From an uncultured Gemmatimonadaceae bacterium (GTDB lineage: Bacteria; Gemmatimonadota; Gemmatimonadetes; Gemmatimonadales; Gemmatimonadaceae), in assembly GCA_963817955.1 (NCBI GenBank), contig CAWFQK010000004.1, forward strand, positions 416,001 through 480,000: DNA of 64,000 nt. Direction: 5' to 3'. The first letter of the stretch is position 1, and the number at the start of each line of letters is the position of its first letter. A program made the translations under genes and the position numbers. A model generated the notes under the pieces. The model had not been told where the DNA came from, did no database searches, and saw nothing but the letters and a program-made list of their open reading frames with translations. Shown here piece after piece: positions 46,667 through 57,659 of the stretch.

Positions 46667-47961
46667 TGCAACCGGCGATTCTCCACCCGCTCGATCTGGG
46701 CGCCGAGCGCGCGCAATCGTTCATCAATGCGCTCATACCCTCGTTCGATCTGCCCAACGTTATTGATCGTACTCGTGCCCTCAGCGCACATGGCGGCAAC
46801 CAGCATAGCCATACCAGCACGAATGTCCGGCGAATCCATTTTGCTGGCGTGCAAGCGCGATGGGCCTGATACCAACGCGCGATGTGGATCGCAGAGCACG
46901 ATGCGCGCTCCCATTCCCACGAGCTTGTCGACGAAGAACAGCCGCGACTCGAACATCTTTTCGTGCATGAGAATGAGACCATTGCACTGCGTGGCCGTGA
47001 CGAGTGCGATCGACATCGTGTCGGCGGGGAAGGCCGGCCAAGGCTGATCCTCGAGCTTCGGAACGTGCCCGCCAAGATCGCTCTGAATGGCCTTCTCCTG
47101 CTCGGCCGGAACGATGAGATCCGCTCCATCAACGACGCACGCAACGCCAAGCCGGGCGAACCCCATGAGCGTTGAGCGCAGATGCTCGATACCAGCGTTC
47201 TCAATGCGGATCTCCGAGTTTGTCACCGCGGCGAGGCCGATGAACGACCCAACCTCGATGTGATCAGGCCCGATCTGATGAGTGGCGCTGCCGAGCTGCC
47301 GCCCACCGTCGATCGTGAGCTTGTTGGTACCGATGCCATCGATTTCTGCACCAAGCGCGACGAGAAAGTGACAGAGATCCTGCACGTGCGGTTCGCTCGC
47401 CGCATTACGTAGCACGGTCGTGCCAGTCGCAGCGACCGCCGCCGTTACTGCATTCTCGGTGGCGGTGACACTGGGCTCATCGAGGAACACGTCTGCGCCG
47501 CGCAGTCCGGATGTGGCGAGGTGAAACGCATCTTCCAACTCGAACGAGGCGCCGAGACGTTCGAGTGCCAGGAAGTGTGTGTCGACCCGCCGGCGACCGA
47601 TGACATCGCCGCCCGGAGGCGGCAGCTCGATCTCGCCGCACCGCGCAAGCAGCGGGGCAGCAAGCAAAATCGACGCACGAATCTTCCGACACAAAGATGG
47701 GTCGAGATTCGCCGCGCTGACCGTCTTGGCGTGAATCTGCAGCGTATTGGGGCCGCTCCAATGCACGTCCACACCCGTTGATGCGATCAGCTGGACTAGC
47801 GTTTCGACGTCGCGAATACGCGGAACATTTTCCAGCGTGACCGGATGGTCCGTGAGCAACGACGCACAAATGATCGGCAAGGCGCCGTTCTTGTTGCCCG
47901 ATGGGCGGATCGTCCCGGACAGCTTCTGCCGTCCCTGTACGACAAACTGCAATGCGTTCAT
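46663..47961 (-). CDS. murA: UDP-GlcNAc 1-carboxyvinyltransferase
   Basis: [25 protein letters not shown] (Asp at the fosfomycin-target Cys position), SVTATEN, DIRAG, IERGYE. Confidence 0.95.
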   Translation of the reverse strand: MNALQFVVQGRQKLSGTIRPSGNKNGALPIICASLLTDHPVTLENVPRIRDVETLVQLIASTGVDVHWSGPNTLQIHAKTVSAANLDPSLCRKIRASILLAAPLLARCGEIELPPPGGDVIGRRRVDTHFLALERLGASFELEDAFHLATSGLRGADVFLDEPSVTATENAVTAAVAATGTTVLRNAASEPHVQDLCHFLVALGAEIDGIGTNKLTIDGGRQLGSATHQIGPDHIEVGSFIGLAAVTNSEIRIENAGIEHLRSTLMGFARLGVACVVDGADLIVPAEQEKAIQSDLGGHVPKLEDQPWPAFPADTMSIALVTATQCNGLILMHEKMFESRLFFVDKLVGMGARIVLCDPHRALVSGPSRLHASKMDSPDIRAGMAMLVAAMCAEGTSTINNVGQIERGYERIDERLRALGAQIERVENRRLQ

Positions 47962-48064
47962 GTGCGGGCGTGGTTGGTACGAGTAAGTGGATCCGAGCGA
48001 AGAATGGACGGACACTCGACTCGAAATCAATGGTACATCGCACATTCCGCGCACGACGTAGCGC

Positions 48065-48094
48065 TTGACACTGTGCGGCAATTCCGGGTACGAT
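48065..48094 (+). promoter_or_regulatory. Putative sigma70 promoter for the DUF948 operon
   Basis: TTGACA-18 nt-TACGAT. Confidence 0.6.
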
Positions 48095-48207
48095 GTGGAC
48101 GAGTGCGGCTGGCCCTGCGTTTGCACCCATGACGGAGTAACGCCACTGCGCGATGTTGTCGGCAGCGCGGCCGCGTTGGCCCAATTCCCGATCCAGACGA
48201 GCGCCGA

Positions 48208-48798
48208 ATGTTCGAGCAAATCTACGCGGTTGCCAGTGTGATCATTACGATCGCGCTGCTCGTGCTCGTGGTCGTCGCTGCCCGTTTGGCATCGCACTTC
48301 CGGAAGACCTACAACAAGATCAACGATCTGCTGGACCGCGTGTACGGAGATATCTCTCCTATCATGCACCAGGTCCACAGCATCTCAGAGAACGTCAACT
48401 TCATTTCGACCTCCGTCCGCGCCGACGTCCAGAAGGTGGGCGACACGATCGACGCGGCCAATGCGCGCGTCCAGCAGGCCGTGGCGGTCACCGAACACCG
48501 GCTCAACGATTTCAATGCCTTGCTGGCCGTCGTACAGGAGGAAGCCGAGCAAGTGTTTCTCTCCACTGCTGCCACGGTGCGTGGGGTGCGGCGCGGTGCG
48601 GCGGCGTTCCGGCGCGGCCGTGGGACGGACCTTGCGTCAGACGAGTTCGATGAGGCCGATCTGGCCGAGGATGTCGACACTCAATTGGAACGTCAGGAGG
48701 ACGGTCATGGAAACGACAATGGCCCCAAATCGGCCGCGCAGGCGCTCCCAGCAGCCCCGCGTATCCGACCACGCGCTCGCTCCCCGCGACGGACGTGA
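48208..48798 (+). CDS. DUF948/YtxG-like membrane-anchored coiled-coil protein
   Basis: N-terminal TM helix followed by an amphipathic helical region. Confidence 0.65.
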   Translation: MFEQIYAVASVIITIALLVLVVVAARLASHFRKTYNKINDLLDRVYGDISPIMHQVHSISENVNFISTSVRADVQKVGDTIDAANARVQQAVAVTEHRLNDFNALLAVVQEEAEQVFLSTAATVRGVRRGAAAFRRGRGTDLASDEFDEADLAEDVDTQLERQEDGHGNDNGPKSAAQALPAAPRIRPRARSPRRT

Positions 48799-49153
48799 TG
48801 CAGAGTACGATCTACTGACCGCGGCGCTGATCGGCATCACGATCGGAGCCGGGGTCACCTTCATGTTGCGGCGCGGCCCTTCGGGCAATCGTCCCGTGAT
48901 GCCGCTGGTGAAGGGCGTTGGGAGGGGCGCCGCTTGGGCGGGACGACAGGCGGCCCGTGCCGGAAGCTCGGGAGCGCAGTGGGCCGCCGACCGGGGCGAG
49001 GAAATGTGGGCTCGCGTTCCGCAAGACGAGATACGCGGCCATGTGTCGGACTATATGGACCGGGCACGCCACGCGATCGACGACGTCGTTGAGGCAGAGC
49101 TCAAGGATCTCCGCAAGGCGATCCGGCGCCAGCGGAAGCGGCTTGGAGTCTAA
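48707..49153 (+). CDS. Hypothetical YtxH-like protein
   Basis: AGGAGG RBS + ATG 48707; LLTAALIGITIGAGVTFML TM segment, helical tail. Confidence 0.65.
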   Translation: METTMAPNRPRRRSQQPRVSDHALAPRDGRDAEYDLLTAALIGITIGAGVTFMLRRGPSGNRPVMPLVKGVGRGAAWAGRQAARAGSSGAQWAADRGEEMWARVPQDEIRGHVSDYMDRARHAIDDVVEAELKDLRKAIRRQRKRLGV

Positions 49154-49166
49154 GGTCCTGCATCGA

Positions 49167-50099
49167 ATGACGAGTGGCGAGCGTTTGTTCCGCTGTCTCG
49201 CGATGGCGGTCGTCGCCCTCGTCGTTGCCCCGGCGGTGGCACATGCGTGGACCCCGGGAACGCACGTGTTTCTCGGCGAAGCGGTGATGCGGTCGCTGGC
49301 GTTGCTGCCGACCGGCGTCGCAACGTTGCTGCACGACTTCCCGTTCGACTTCCTGTACGGCTCGATCGCTGCCGATACGAGCATTGCCAAGAAGTACGCG
49401 CCGGTTGGCCGCCACTGTCACTCATGGACGGTCGGGATGGAGATTTTGCATGGCGCAAAGGACGAATCGCTGCGGGCCTTCGGCCTGGGGTACCTGGCGC
49501 ACCTCGCCGCGGATTCGGTCGCGCACAACTACTTCGTCCCCAAACAACTTGCGATCACATCCAGTACGTCGTCGCTCGGCCACTCGTACTGGGAAAGCCG
49601 ATTCGAGACCCATTTGGGGTCAGAATGCGCCCGCCGCGCGCGCGAACTGATCCTGATCGATCACGCTCGGTCGGACGGGCTCCTCGATCGCGTGTTGAGC
49701 CCGACCATCTTCAGCACGCCGACGAATCGGCGGATCTTCCGCGGCATGGTGATCGCCGCCGATAACGAGTCCTGGCAGCGGATATTCCAGCTCATGACGG
49801 AGAAGAGCCGCTGGGACCTCCCGGATCACGACATCAGCCAATACGTCGCCCGGTCGTACGATTATATCATGGACCTCTTGCTCCATATGGATCGCGCCGA
49901 GCCTTATCAGCTCGATCCATCTGGTGACGAGGCATTACGGATGGCAAAGCGGGTGCGCAAGCAGGTGCTTCGCGCCGCCGGTGAGCGGCGACTGCTCGAA
50001 GAGGCAGATCGATATTTCGGCATGCCGGCAACGCACCTGCAGTTCGCCGCATCGCACCCGACACCGCTCTACGTTCCGATTCGTTCAGCGAGCAGCTGA
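49167..50099 (+). CDS. Zinc-dependent phospholipase C/P1-family exported protein
   Basis: Signal peptide AHA-WTPGTH, GYLAHLAADSVAHN, HSYWE. Confidence 0.85.
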   Translation: MTSGERLFRCLAMAVVALVVAPAVAHAWTPGTHVFLGEAVMRSLALLPTGVATLLHDFPFDFLYGSIAADTSIAKKYAPVGRHCHSWTVGMEILHGAKDESLRAFGLGYLAHLAADSVAHNYFVPKQLAITSSTSSLGHSYWESRFETHLGSECARRARELILIDHARSDGLLDRVLSPTIFSTPTNRRIFRGMVIAADNESWQRIFQLMTEKSRWDLPDHDISQYVARSYDYIMDLLLHMDRAEPYQLDPSGDEALRMAKRVRKQVLRAAGERRLLEEADRYFGMPATHLQFAASHPTPLYVPIRSASS

Positions 50100-51538
50100 T
50101 TGACCCGTTTGGGATCGGCGCTTCCCTTCGACATCTTCATCACGTGTCCGACGAGTACTCCCTGCAGGCGTCGTTCGCCATGAGTGAAGCGCGTCGCTTC
50201 GCCAGGATGCTCGGCGAAGACCTGGTCGATCCACCCGACGAGCGCGGCATTATCGGTCACCCGCAAGAGACCTTCGCGCTCTGCGATCTGCAGCGGCGAT
50301 TCGCCCGTGACGACCATGGCCGCAAAGACTTGCTTGGCGGCACTATGGCTGAGCGTGCCAGCGCGGACTGAGCCGAGCAACGCGGCCAGATCGGCGGGAC
50401 GCACCGTGAAGTGCGCAATCGACTGACCCGTTTCCTTCAAGGCGGCGAATACTTCGCCGAGTATCCAGTTCGCGGACGCCTTGGCATCGCCACTCTGGCG
50501 GGCGACGTGCTCGAAGTAGTCGCCCATCCCACGGTCGACGGTGAGCACGTTGATGTCATAGTCGGTGAGGTTCTGGAACTCGGCGCGATACCGCTCCCGT
50601 CGCGCCGGCGGAAGCTCAGGCAGATCGCGCCTGATGCGATCGATCCGCTCGGGCGAGATCATGAGCGGCGAGAGATCCGGCTCCGGAAAATAGCGGTAGT
50701 CGTGACTCCCCTCCTTGGAGCGCGCCGGCCGCACGGCACCGGTGCCAGCGTCCCACAGCATGGTCTGCTGTTCGATCTTTCCCCCGGCGTCGAGCACACT
50801 GCATTGCCGCGTGAATTCAATCTCGAGCGCGCGCACGACGCCGGAGAATGAGTTCATGTTCTTCACCTCGGTCTTCGTTCCAAGGGCGGTGTCGCCGCGC
50901 GGGCGCGTGCTGATGTTCGCGTCGACGCGCAGGCTGCCCTCCTCCATGCTGACATCGCTGACTGCCACATACTCGAGGATCTGTTTGACCGCGCGGAGAT
51001 AGGCGTCGGCCTCGCCGGATCCGCGGAGGTCCGGCTCGCTCACGATCTCGCACAGCGGGACACCCGCCCGATTGAGATCGACGGCGGTCGCGCCGGCGAA
51101 GCGATCGTGGATCGACTTGCCAGCATCCTCCTCCAAGTGCACGCGAGTGACACCGATGTTGATCGGCGAGCCGTCGGGACGTACGCCAATCTGCACCCGT
51201 CCGGCGAGCGCGAGTGGCTGGTCGAATTGCGAGATCTGATATCCCTTCGGCAGATCCGGATAGAAGTAGTTCTTCCGCGCAAAGACCGATGTCGGCTGTA
51301 CGGTGCAGCCGAGCGCGTGCGCCGCTCGGATCGCCAATTCAACGGCATGCTCATTGAGCACCGGCAGCGCACCCGGCAGCGCCAGGCAGACCGGACAGGT
51401 GTTGCTATTCGGCGCGGCCCCGAAATTCGTCGAGCACCGGCAGAAAATCTTGGTGGCTGTCTTGAGCTGGACGTGCACTTCCAGCCCCACCACCATTTCA
51501 TAGCGGTCGGTGAGCGCCTGCGGCACGCCAGCGCTCAT
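50069..51538 (-). CDS. gatB: Asp/Glu-tRNA amidotransferase subunit B
   Basis: VGLEVHVQL, RKNYFYPDLPKGYQISQ, HLEEDAGK, DYRYFPEPDL. Confidence 0.97.
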   Translation of the reverse strand: MSAGVPQALTDRYEMVVGLEVHVQLKTATKIFCRCSTNFGAAPNSNTCPVCLALPGALPVLNEHAVELAIRAAHALGCTVQPTSVFARKNYFYPDLPKGYQISQFDQPLALAGRVQIGVRPDGSPINIGVTRVHLEEDAGKSIHDRFAGATAVDLNRAGVPLCEIVSEPDLRGSGEADAYLRAVKQILEYVAVSDVSMEEGSLRVDANISTRPRGDTALGTKTEVKNMNSFSGVVRALEIEFTRQCSVLDAGGKIEQQTMLWDAGTGAVRPARSKEGSHDYRYFPEPDLSPLMISPERIDRIRRDLPELPPARRERYRAEFQNLTDYDINVLTVDRGMGDYFEHVARQSGDAKASANWILGEVFAALKETGQSIAHFTVRPADLAALLGSVRAGTLSHSAAKQVFAAMVVTGESPLQIAEREGLLRVTDNAALVGWIDQVFAEHPGEATRFTHGERRLQGVLVGHVMKMSKGSADPKRVNQLLAERIGT

Positions 51539-52989
51539 CGGTGCGCATCCTCGCCGAGCGACCGCTCCAGCGCATAGGCGGCCACGAACATCTGACGCTC
51601 GCCGAAGTGCGGCGCAATGAACTGACCACCCACAGGCAGGCCGTCCAGTCGACCGATCGGCTGCGACATCGCCGGCACGCCGGCGAGGTTGGCCGTGCAC
51701 GTGAAGATGTCGCTCAGATACATCTCATACGGGTCGACCTTCGAACCAAGCGGAAACGCCGGAGTGGGCGTCGTCGGCGTGAACAGCAGATGCACTCCGC
51801 TGTTGAACACCTTGGCGAAATCCTGCGCGATGAGCGCTCGAACCTGCTGCGCCTTGCGATAGTACGCGTCGTAGTACCCGGCGGACAGCACGTAGGTGCC
51901 CAGCAAGATGCGGCGCGTCACCTCCGGACCGAATCCATTCGACCGCGTTGCCTCATACATCCCGCGCAGACCATCGCCCTCAACGCGGAGCCCGTATCGC
52001 ACGCCGTCGAAGCGCGCGAGGTTCGATGAGGCTTCCGCCGGCGCGATGATGTAATAGACCTCGATCGCGAGCGTGGTGTGTGGGAGCGACACGTCGCGCA
52101 CTTCGGCCCCAAGTCGTGCCAGATGCGCGAGCGCCGCCTCCGATTTCTCGCGGATTCGCGCATCGAGCGACTCCGGGAAATACTCCTTCGGTCGTCCGAT
52201 GACGACGCCAGTCAAGCCGCCGCGCGACGCGTCGCGGTAGGCGGGAACCGATTCGGTGGCGCTCGTCGCGTCGAGGGGGTCGAAGCCGGCTATTGTCTGC
52301 AAGCCGAGCGCGGCATCATCGACGCTGCGCCCGAACACGCCGATCTGATCGAGCGAAGACGCAAACGCAACGAGACCATACCGGCTCACGCGTCCATACG
52401 TGGGCTTCACCCCCACGATCCCGCAGAAAGCGGCAGGCTGCCGCACCGATCCACCAGTCTCCGAACCGAGCGCTATGCGCACGATGCCGGCGGCGACCGC
52501 GGCGGCCGACCCACCCGACGATCCGCCCGGCACGCGATCGGGCGCCAGAGGATTCCGCGCTGGCCCATATGCACTGTTTTCGGTGGACGATCCCATCGCG
52601 AATTCGTCCATATTGGACTTGGCGACAATGATCGCGCCCGCCTCGTGCAGCCGGCGAACGGCGGTGGCCTCGTACGGACTCACGTATCCCTCGAGAATCC
52701 TCGACCCGCACGAGGTCGGCATGCTCGTCGTGGCGATGTTGTCTTTGACGACGACCGGCACTCCGGCAAGCGCGCCGCGGCTTCCGGACTTCAGCATGAG
52801 CCCGACGTCGATGGCGCGACTCAGGGAGCGAGCATGATCTTCATACAACAGAATATTCAATCCGTCGCGGCCGGCACCCGCCTCGTGCATGCGCCGCACG
52901 CTCACCTCGACGGCATCACTCGGCGCCTGCTCGCCCCGTACCATGGCGGACACGAGCTCGGCGGCAGACCACGTGACCGGCCCCGTCAA
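51535..52989 (-). CDS. gatA: Asp/Glu-tRNA amidotransferase subunit A
   Basis: KDNI, PGGSSGGSAA, GSETGGSVRQPA, SNLARFDG, YYDAYY. Confidence 0.97.
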   Translation of the reverse strand: MTGPVTWSAAELVSAMVRGEQAPSDAVEVSVRRMHEAGAGRDGLNILLYEDHARSLSRAIDVGLMLKSGSRGALAGVPVVVKDNIATTSMPTSCGSRILEGYVSPYEATAVRRLHEAGAIIVAKSNMDEFAMGSSTENSAYGPARNPLAPDRVPGGSSGGSAAAVAAGIVRIALGSETGGSVRQPAAFCGIVGVKPTYGRVSRYGLVAFASSLDQIGVFGRSVDDAALGLQTIAGFDPLDATSATESVPAYRDASRGGLTGVVIGRPKEYFPESLDARIREKSEAALAHLARLGAEVRDVSLPHTTLAIEVYYIIAPAEASSNLARFDGVRYGLRVEGDGLRGMYEATRSNGFGPEVTRRILLGTYVLSAGYYDAYYRKAQQVRALIAQDFAKVFNSGVHLLFTPTTPTPAFPLGSKVDPYEMYLSDIFTCTANLAGVPAMSQPIGRLDGLPVGGQFIAPHFGERQMFVAAYALERSLGEDAHR

Positions 52990-53291
52990 GCCTCCTCCGC
53001 ATCCTCATGCGTGGACAGCCTCGGCACCAGGTAGAATCCGTCGCGCATCTGCGGCGCGAAATCCTCACGCGGACGCTCCAGAGGAATCGCAGGACCAGTG
53101 TCGGGACGTAACGGGGCGGCGGATCCTACGTCCGCTCCGTCGGCCACGGTGCCCGTATCGACCTTCGACAGTACGTCCATGTGACCGAGAATCGTGTTCA
53201 ACTCCGCGACCAGCGCGCGGGCTCGCTGGTCGTCGAGACCTAGCCGCGCCAACGTAGCGATGTGACGCACGTCTTCGATCGTGACGGCCAC
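52986..53291 (-). CDS. gatC: Asp/Glu-tRNA amidotransferase subunit C
   Basis: DVRHIATLARL, LRPD, FYLVPR. Confidence 0.93.
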   Translation of the reverse strand: MAVTIEDVRHIATLARLGLDDQRARALVAELNTILGHMDVLSKVDTGTVADGADVGSAAPLRPDTGPAIPLERPREDFAPQMRDGFYLVPRLSTHEDAEEA

Positions 53292-55614
53292 TACTCGTCG
53301 CCCCGCTCGAGATTGGCCTGGGCAATGACGAGCGTCTTCCGTCCGATGCTCTCGTCATCAAAGTCCACCTTCACCTTGGCATCACGGCCGGTGCCGGCGA
53401 GGTCGGCAATCGTACCGCTACCGAACTTCCGGTGTTTGACACGCGCACCGACGATGAACACCGGTGCGTCTTGTGACTCATCCTCGGCTCCTGGCGCGAA
53501 GCCGCCAATCGGAGCGCCAGGTCGGCGTGCCGACGGCGATGAACTGGGGAAGAACTCGTCGACATCGCGGCCGCCGCGCGTCGAGTGGCCGAAGCCCTTG
53601 GTGTACCCGAAGTCGCCCCCGGCCCGCATCATCGAACGGCCAGAGCTTCGCACCTTGATCGTGCTGCGCTTCTCCACCATCGCGTCAGGAATCGCGTCGA
53701 GAAACTTGGACTGGCGGGCGGGCAGCAGCTCGCCGTTCCGCCGGCGCTCTTCGGCGTACGTCAGGTACAGCTTCCGTTCCGCGCGCGTGATGCCAACGTA
53801 GAAGAGACGGCGCTCCTCCTCGAGCAGCGCGGGATCGTCGTAAGCTTTGGCCAACGGGAACAGCCCATCCTCGAGCCCGGTGATGAAGACGACCGGGAAC
53901 TCGAGCCCCTTCGCGTTGTGCAGCGTCATCATCGTCACCGCGTCGGCATCGGCCCCGAGCTGGTCCACCTGCGCCACGAGCGTGGCGCGCTGCAGGAAAT
54001 GATCGAGCGGCCGCAGACCGACTTCGCCAAGCTCGTCAGCGACTTGCTCGGCCGCGCCGGTGATCAGCTCGCGCACGTTGTCGAGACGCTCGGCGGATTC
54101 CGGGCCTTCGGCACGCAGGTGATCACCGTAGTTGATCGCATCCACGAGCTCCCGGAGCAGCTCGTCCACGGCCGCCTCTGTCGCGCGTTCGCGGAGCGAC
54201 TGTACGAGCCTCACGAATTCGCCGAGCGCAACGCGCGCGGCGGGGCGGAGCGTGGACACGATGTCCGGGATCGCGCCCCCTCGAAGCATCGGCAACCCGC
54301 GCTGACGCGAGGCGTCGGCGAGCAGCTCGATCGTCGTTTCCCCGATACCGCGTTTCGGCACTGCGACGGCGCGGCGAAGCGCCTCGTCGTCCGCGGGATT
54401 CGCGATGAGCTTCAGATACGCCATCAGGTCGCGAATCTCGCGGCGGTCGTAGAATCGCACGGCGCCGACCAGTCGATACGGGACGGCGTGGCGGCGCAAC
54501 GCTTCTTCGATCGCGCGACTCTGCGCGTTGGTGCGATACAGCATGGCGACGTCATTGAGCTGCAGCGCCGAGGCGGCGGAGCGACGCGCCATGAGCTCGC
54601 CGACGACGAAATCCGCCTCGTCGCGCTCGTCGAGTGACCGCACGACCGTCACCTGTTCGCCGCTGGGGCGCGTCGCGCGCAGCGTCTTCCCCATGCGGCT
54701 AGTGTTGGCGCTGATCACGGCATTGGCAAGATCGAGCACCTGCGGCGTGGAGCGGTAGTTCTCCTCGAGCCGCACCACCGTGGCATCCGGGAAATCCTTG
54801 TCGAAGTCGAGGATGTTCCGAATGTCTGCGCCCCGCCAGCCGTAAATCGACTGGTCGTCGTCGCCGACGACGCACACGTTGCCGTGTTCCCCTCCGAGGA
54901 GCTTGATGAGCTCGTACTGCGCGCGGTTCGTGTCCTGATACTCGTCGACAAGGAGGTAGTGGAAGCGGCCTCGGTACCGCGCGAGCTCGTCTGGATGCTG
55001 CTGCAGCATGCGAACCGGCAGAACCAGCAGGTCGTCGAAGTCCACGGCGTTTGCCAGTTGGAGCGCGTCGCCAAGCGACGGTACACGGCGGCAACTGCCT
55101 TGGCGAATGGGTCCATGGCGAGTTGTTCGTATTCGCCTGGCGTCACGAGCGCGTTCTTCGCTTCGGAGATCGCCGACTGAACACCTCGGGGAGTGAACTG
55201 CTTGGGCGAGACGTCATGCCGCTCCATGAGCCGCTTGATCACACCGAGCGAGTCGTCCTGATCATAGATCGTGAATGCGGGCGTGCGGCCGACGAGGTGC
55301 GCTCCGCCACGCAGCATCCGCGCGCCGATCGCGTGGAACGTGCCGGCCCACATCCCGGCCGGCTCGGCACCCAGTAGTCGGCCAATGCGCTCGCGCATCT
55401 CGCCGGCGGCCTTGTTGGTGAAGGTGACGGCGAGGATGTTCCGCGGATCGATGCCCTCCACGTCGATCAAGCGCACGATGCGTGTCGTGAGCACGCGTGT
55501 CTTTCCGGAACCCGCGCCCGCGAGCACGAGGAGGGGGCCATTCACGTGCAGGACCGCGTCCCGCTGCGCCGGATTGAGTCCGGCGGTCAACTTCTCATCG
55601 AGCAGCATCGACAT
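53291..55614 (-). CDS. pcrA: PcrA/UvrD helicase (single frameshift near 55080)
   Basis: AGAGSGKT, TFTNKAA in frame 1; DEYQDTN, LEENYRS, MTLHNAKGLEF, EERRLFYVGITRA and Tudor tail in frame 2. Confidence 0.93.
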
Positions 55615-55661
55615 CAGTGAAGGATAATCTCTGAACTCGGGCGTGCCGCGTCGCGTGGCGG

Positions 55662-56936
55662 TCAGCTCAAGCGATCGGTACCGAGATACGGCCGAAGGGC
55701 CTCGGGGACGGTCACGGTCCCATCGGGGTTCTGGTACTGCTCGAGAATGCAGGCCACGGTACGCGGAAACGCCAGGCCCGAGCCGTTCAGTGTGTGCACG
55801 AAGCGCGGCTTCTCACCCTTGGCGGGTCGATACCGGATGTTCGCGCGGCGCGCTTGATAGTCTGTGAAGTTGCTGCACGACGACACCTCGAGCCACGCCT
55901 GGACGCCCGGCGCCAACGCCTCGAGATCGTAAGTCATGGCCGCGCTGAAGCCGGTATCGCCGGCCGCCAGCAACTTGCGGCGGTACGGAATACCGAGCCG
56001 CTCGAGCATGCTTTCGGCGTGACGCGTGAGCAACTCGAGCTGCTCGGACGACGACTCCGGCGTCGCGTAGCGCACGAGCTCGACTTTATCGAATTCGTGC
56101 GTGCGCAGAATACCGCGCGTGTCCTTCCCCGCCGACCCCGCCTCACGCCGAAAACACTTACTGTACGCGACGAACGCCATCGGAACCTGATCCGGATCCA
56201 GGATCTCGTCACGATACAGATTCGTGACCGGCACCTCGGCGGTTGGGATGAGAAAGAGATCGTCGGTGCGCGTGGCGTATGCGTCCTCTTCGAACTTCGG
56301 CAGCTGCCCCGTGCCGGTCATGGTGGCACGGTTCACGAGGAGCGGGGGCCACACTTCCTCATACCCATGCTCCTCACGGTGCGTGTCCATGAAGAAGTTG
56401 ATCAGCGAGCGAATGAGTCGTGCGCCATTCCGACGATAGAACACAAACCCGGAACCTGAGACCTTCGATGCCCGCTCGACATCGATGATGCCGAGATGCG
56501 CCCCGAGTTCCCAGTGCGGCACCACGCCTTCGGGCGACCGCGGTACGCCCCATTCGCGCACGATGACGTTGTTCTCTTCACCGCCCGACGGCACGACGGG
56601 AAGATTGACATTGGGAATCTCCAGCAGCACGCGCTGCAGCTGCGCTTCCACGTCGGCGAGCTCACGTTCGAGACTACCGATCTCGTCACCGAGGGCTCGC
56701 CCTTGCACGATCATCTCGCTGGCGTCTTCCTTGGCTCGTTTACGCTTCGCCACTTCCTGCGCGTTCGCGTTGCGTTGTGCCTTTCGCTCATCGGCCGCCT
56801 GAATCAGCGTCCGCCGTTCCCGCTCGAGTTCCGCGCCGCGATCGATGGTGGGAGCCAGAGCCTCGAGCGTACCCCGTCGGCGCATGCCATCGCGCAGCAG
56901 ATCGATCTGCTCGCGGAGCATTCGGAGGTCGTGCAC
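55662..56936 (-). CDS. serS: Serine--tRNA ligase
   Basis: TGQLPKF, LIPTAEV, FRREAGS, EVSSCSN, HTLNGSGLA. Confidence 0.97.
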   Translation of the reverse strand: MHDLRMLREQIDLLRDGMRRRGTLEALAPTIDRGAELERERRTLIQAADERKAQRNANAQEVAKRKRAKEDASEMIVQGRALGDEIGSLERELADVEAQLQRVLLEIPNVNLPVVPSGGEENNVIVREWGVPRSPEGVVPHWELGAHLGIIDVERASKVSGSGFVFYRRNGARLIRSLINFFMDTHREEHGYEEVWPPLLVNRATMTGTGQLPKFEEDAYATRTDDLFLIPTAEVPVTNLYRDEILDPDQVPMAFVAYSKCFRREAGSAGKDTRGILRTHEFDKVELVRYATPESSSEQLELLTRHAESMLERLGIPYRRKLLAAGDTGFSAAMTYDLEALAPGVQAWLEVSSCSNFTDYQARRANIRYRPAKGEKPRFVHTLNGSGLAFPRTVACILEQYQNPDGTVTVPEALRPYLGTDRLS

Positions 56937-56938
56937 GG

Positions 56939-57532
56939 TCAGTCCTTGGGAACGCCGGCCACAAATGACCGGAAGCCGCAATTGGGATCGACGGTGTAAC
57001 GGATGTTGAGTTGGCGCCCGATCCGGTCAATGGACGTCACGACTACCTTGGCAAACAGCGTGGATCCGGTGAGAGACGTGCTGCAAGCGTTCGGATCCTG
57101 GCTCTGCACCAGGATCAGATCGTTCACTCCAACGACCAGCGCCGTATCGGCCCGATAACCGCCGGATGGCGCGCGGGTGAGGGCGTCGAAGTTGTCGCTC
57201 GTCTTCTGCAGGCTCACCGTGTGTGTGGTCGCGAGGCCGCTGGCCACTGCGCTGACCGGCAGCACAACGATGTGCCCTGCCGTGTCGATGTCAAAGGCGA
57301 TGTCGAACAGGAAGTTCGCGTCTGCGGATTGCAGCGTTCCGCTGAAGACGTGGAGCGCGCTCGGCGCGCCGGGCGGCGCACCATTGATCGCAAAGACGAC
57401 CCCGCTGTCGCTGATCGTCGGCAACGAGGCAGGTACGCCAGTGAACGTGCCGCAGGCAAGGGCAGCGACGGCGATGGTCGCCGCGGCGAGCGCGACAAGA
57501 GGACGCTTCGGACGAGAATATCGACAGATCAT
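56939..57532 (-). CDS. Hypothetical lipoprotein
   Basis: Basic N-terminus + hydrophobic stretch + ALAC lipobox; C-terminal DPNCGFRS. Confidence 0.7.
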   Translation of the reverse strand: MICRYSRPKRPLVALAAATIAVAALACGTFTGVPASLPTISDSGVVFAINGAPPGAPSALHVFSGTLQSADANFLFDIAFDIDTAGHIVVLPVSAVASGLATTHTVSLQKTSDNFDALTRAPSGGYRADTALVVGVNDLILVQSQDPNACSTSLTGSTLFAKVVVTSIDRIGRQLNIRYTVDPNCGFRSFVAGVPKD

Positions 57533-57578
57533 ATGTGGGGAGCTCAAGGGCGAAGGATATGAGGGCGTCTCTGATTGT

Positions 57579-57625
57579 TCAAGCGATTGGGATCGCTTGA
57601 CTTCGATTATCTTGATCTCTAGCTT
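57579..57625 (+). promoter_or_regulatory. Palindromic operator candidate overlapping a sigma70 promoter
   Basis: TCAAGCGAT-TGGG-ATCGCTTGA; TTGACT-17 nt-TAGCTT. Confidence 0.55.
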
Positions 57626-57659
57626 CGCCACCACTTTGCAGGGAGAATCGGAGATCTGC

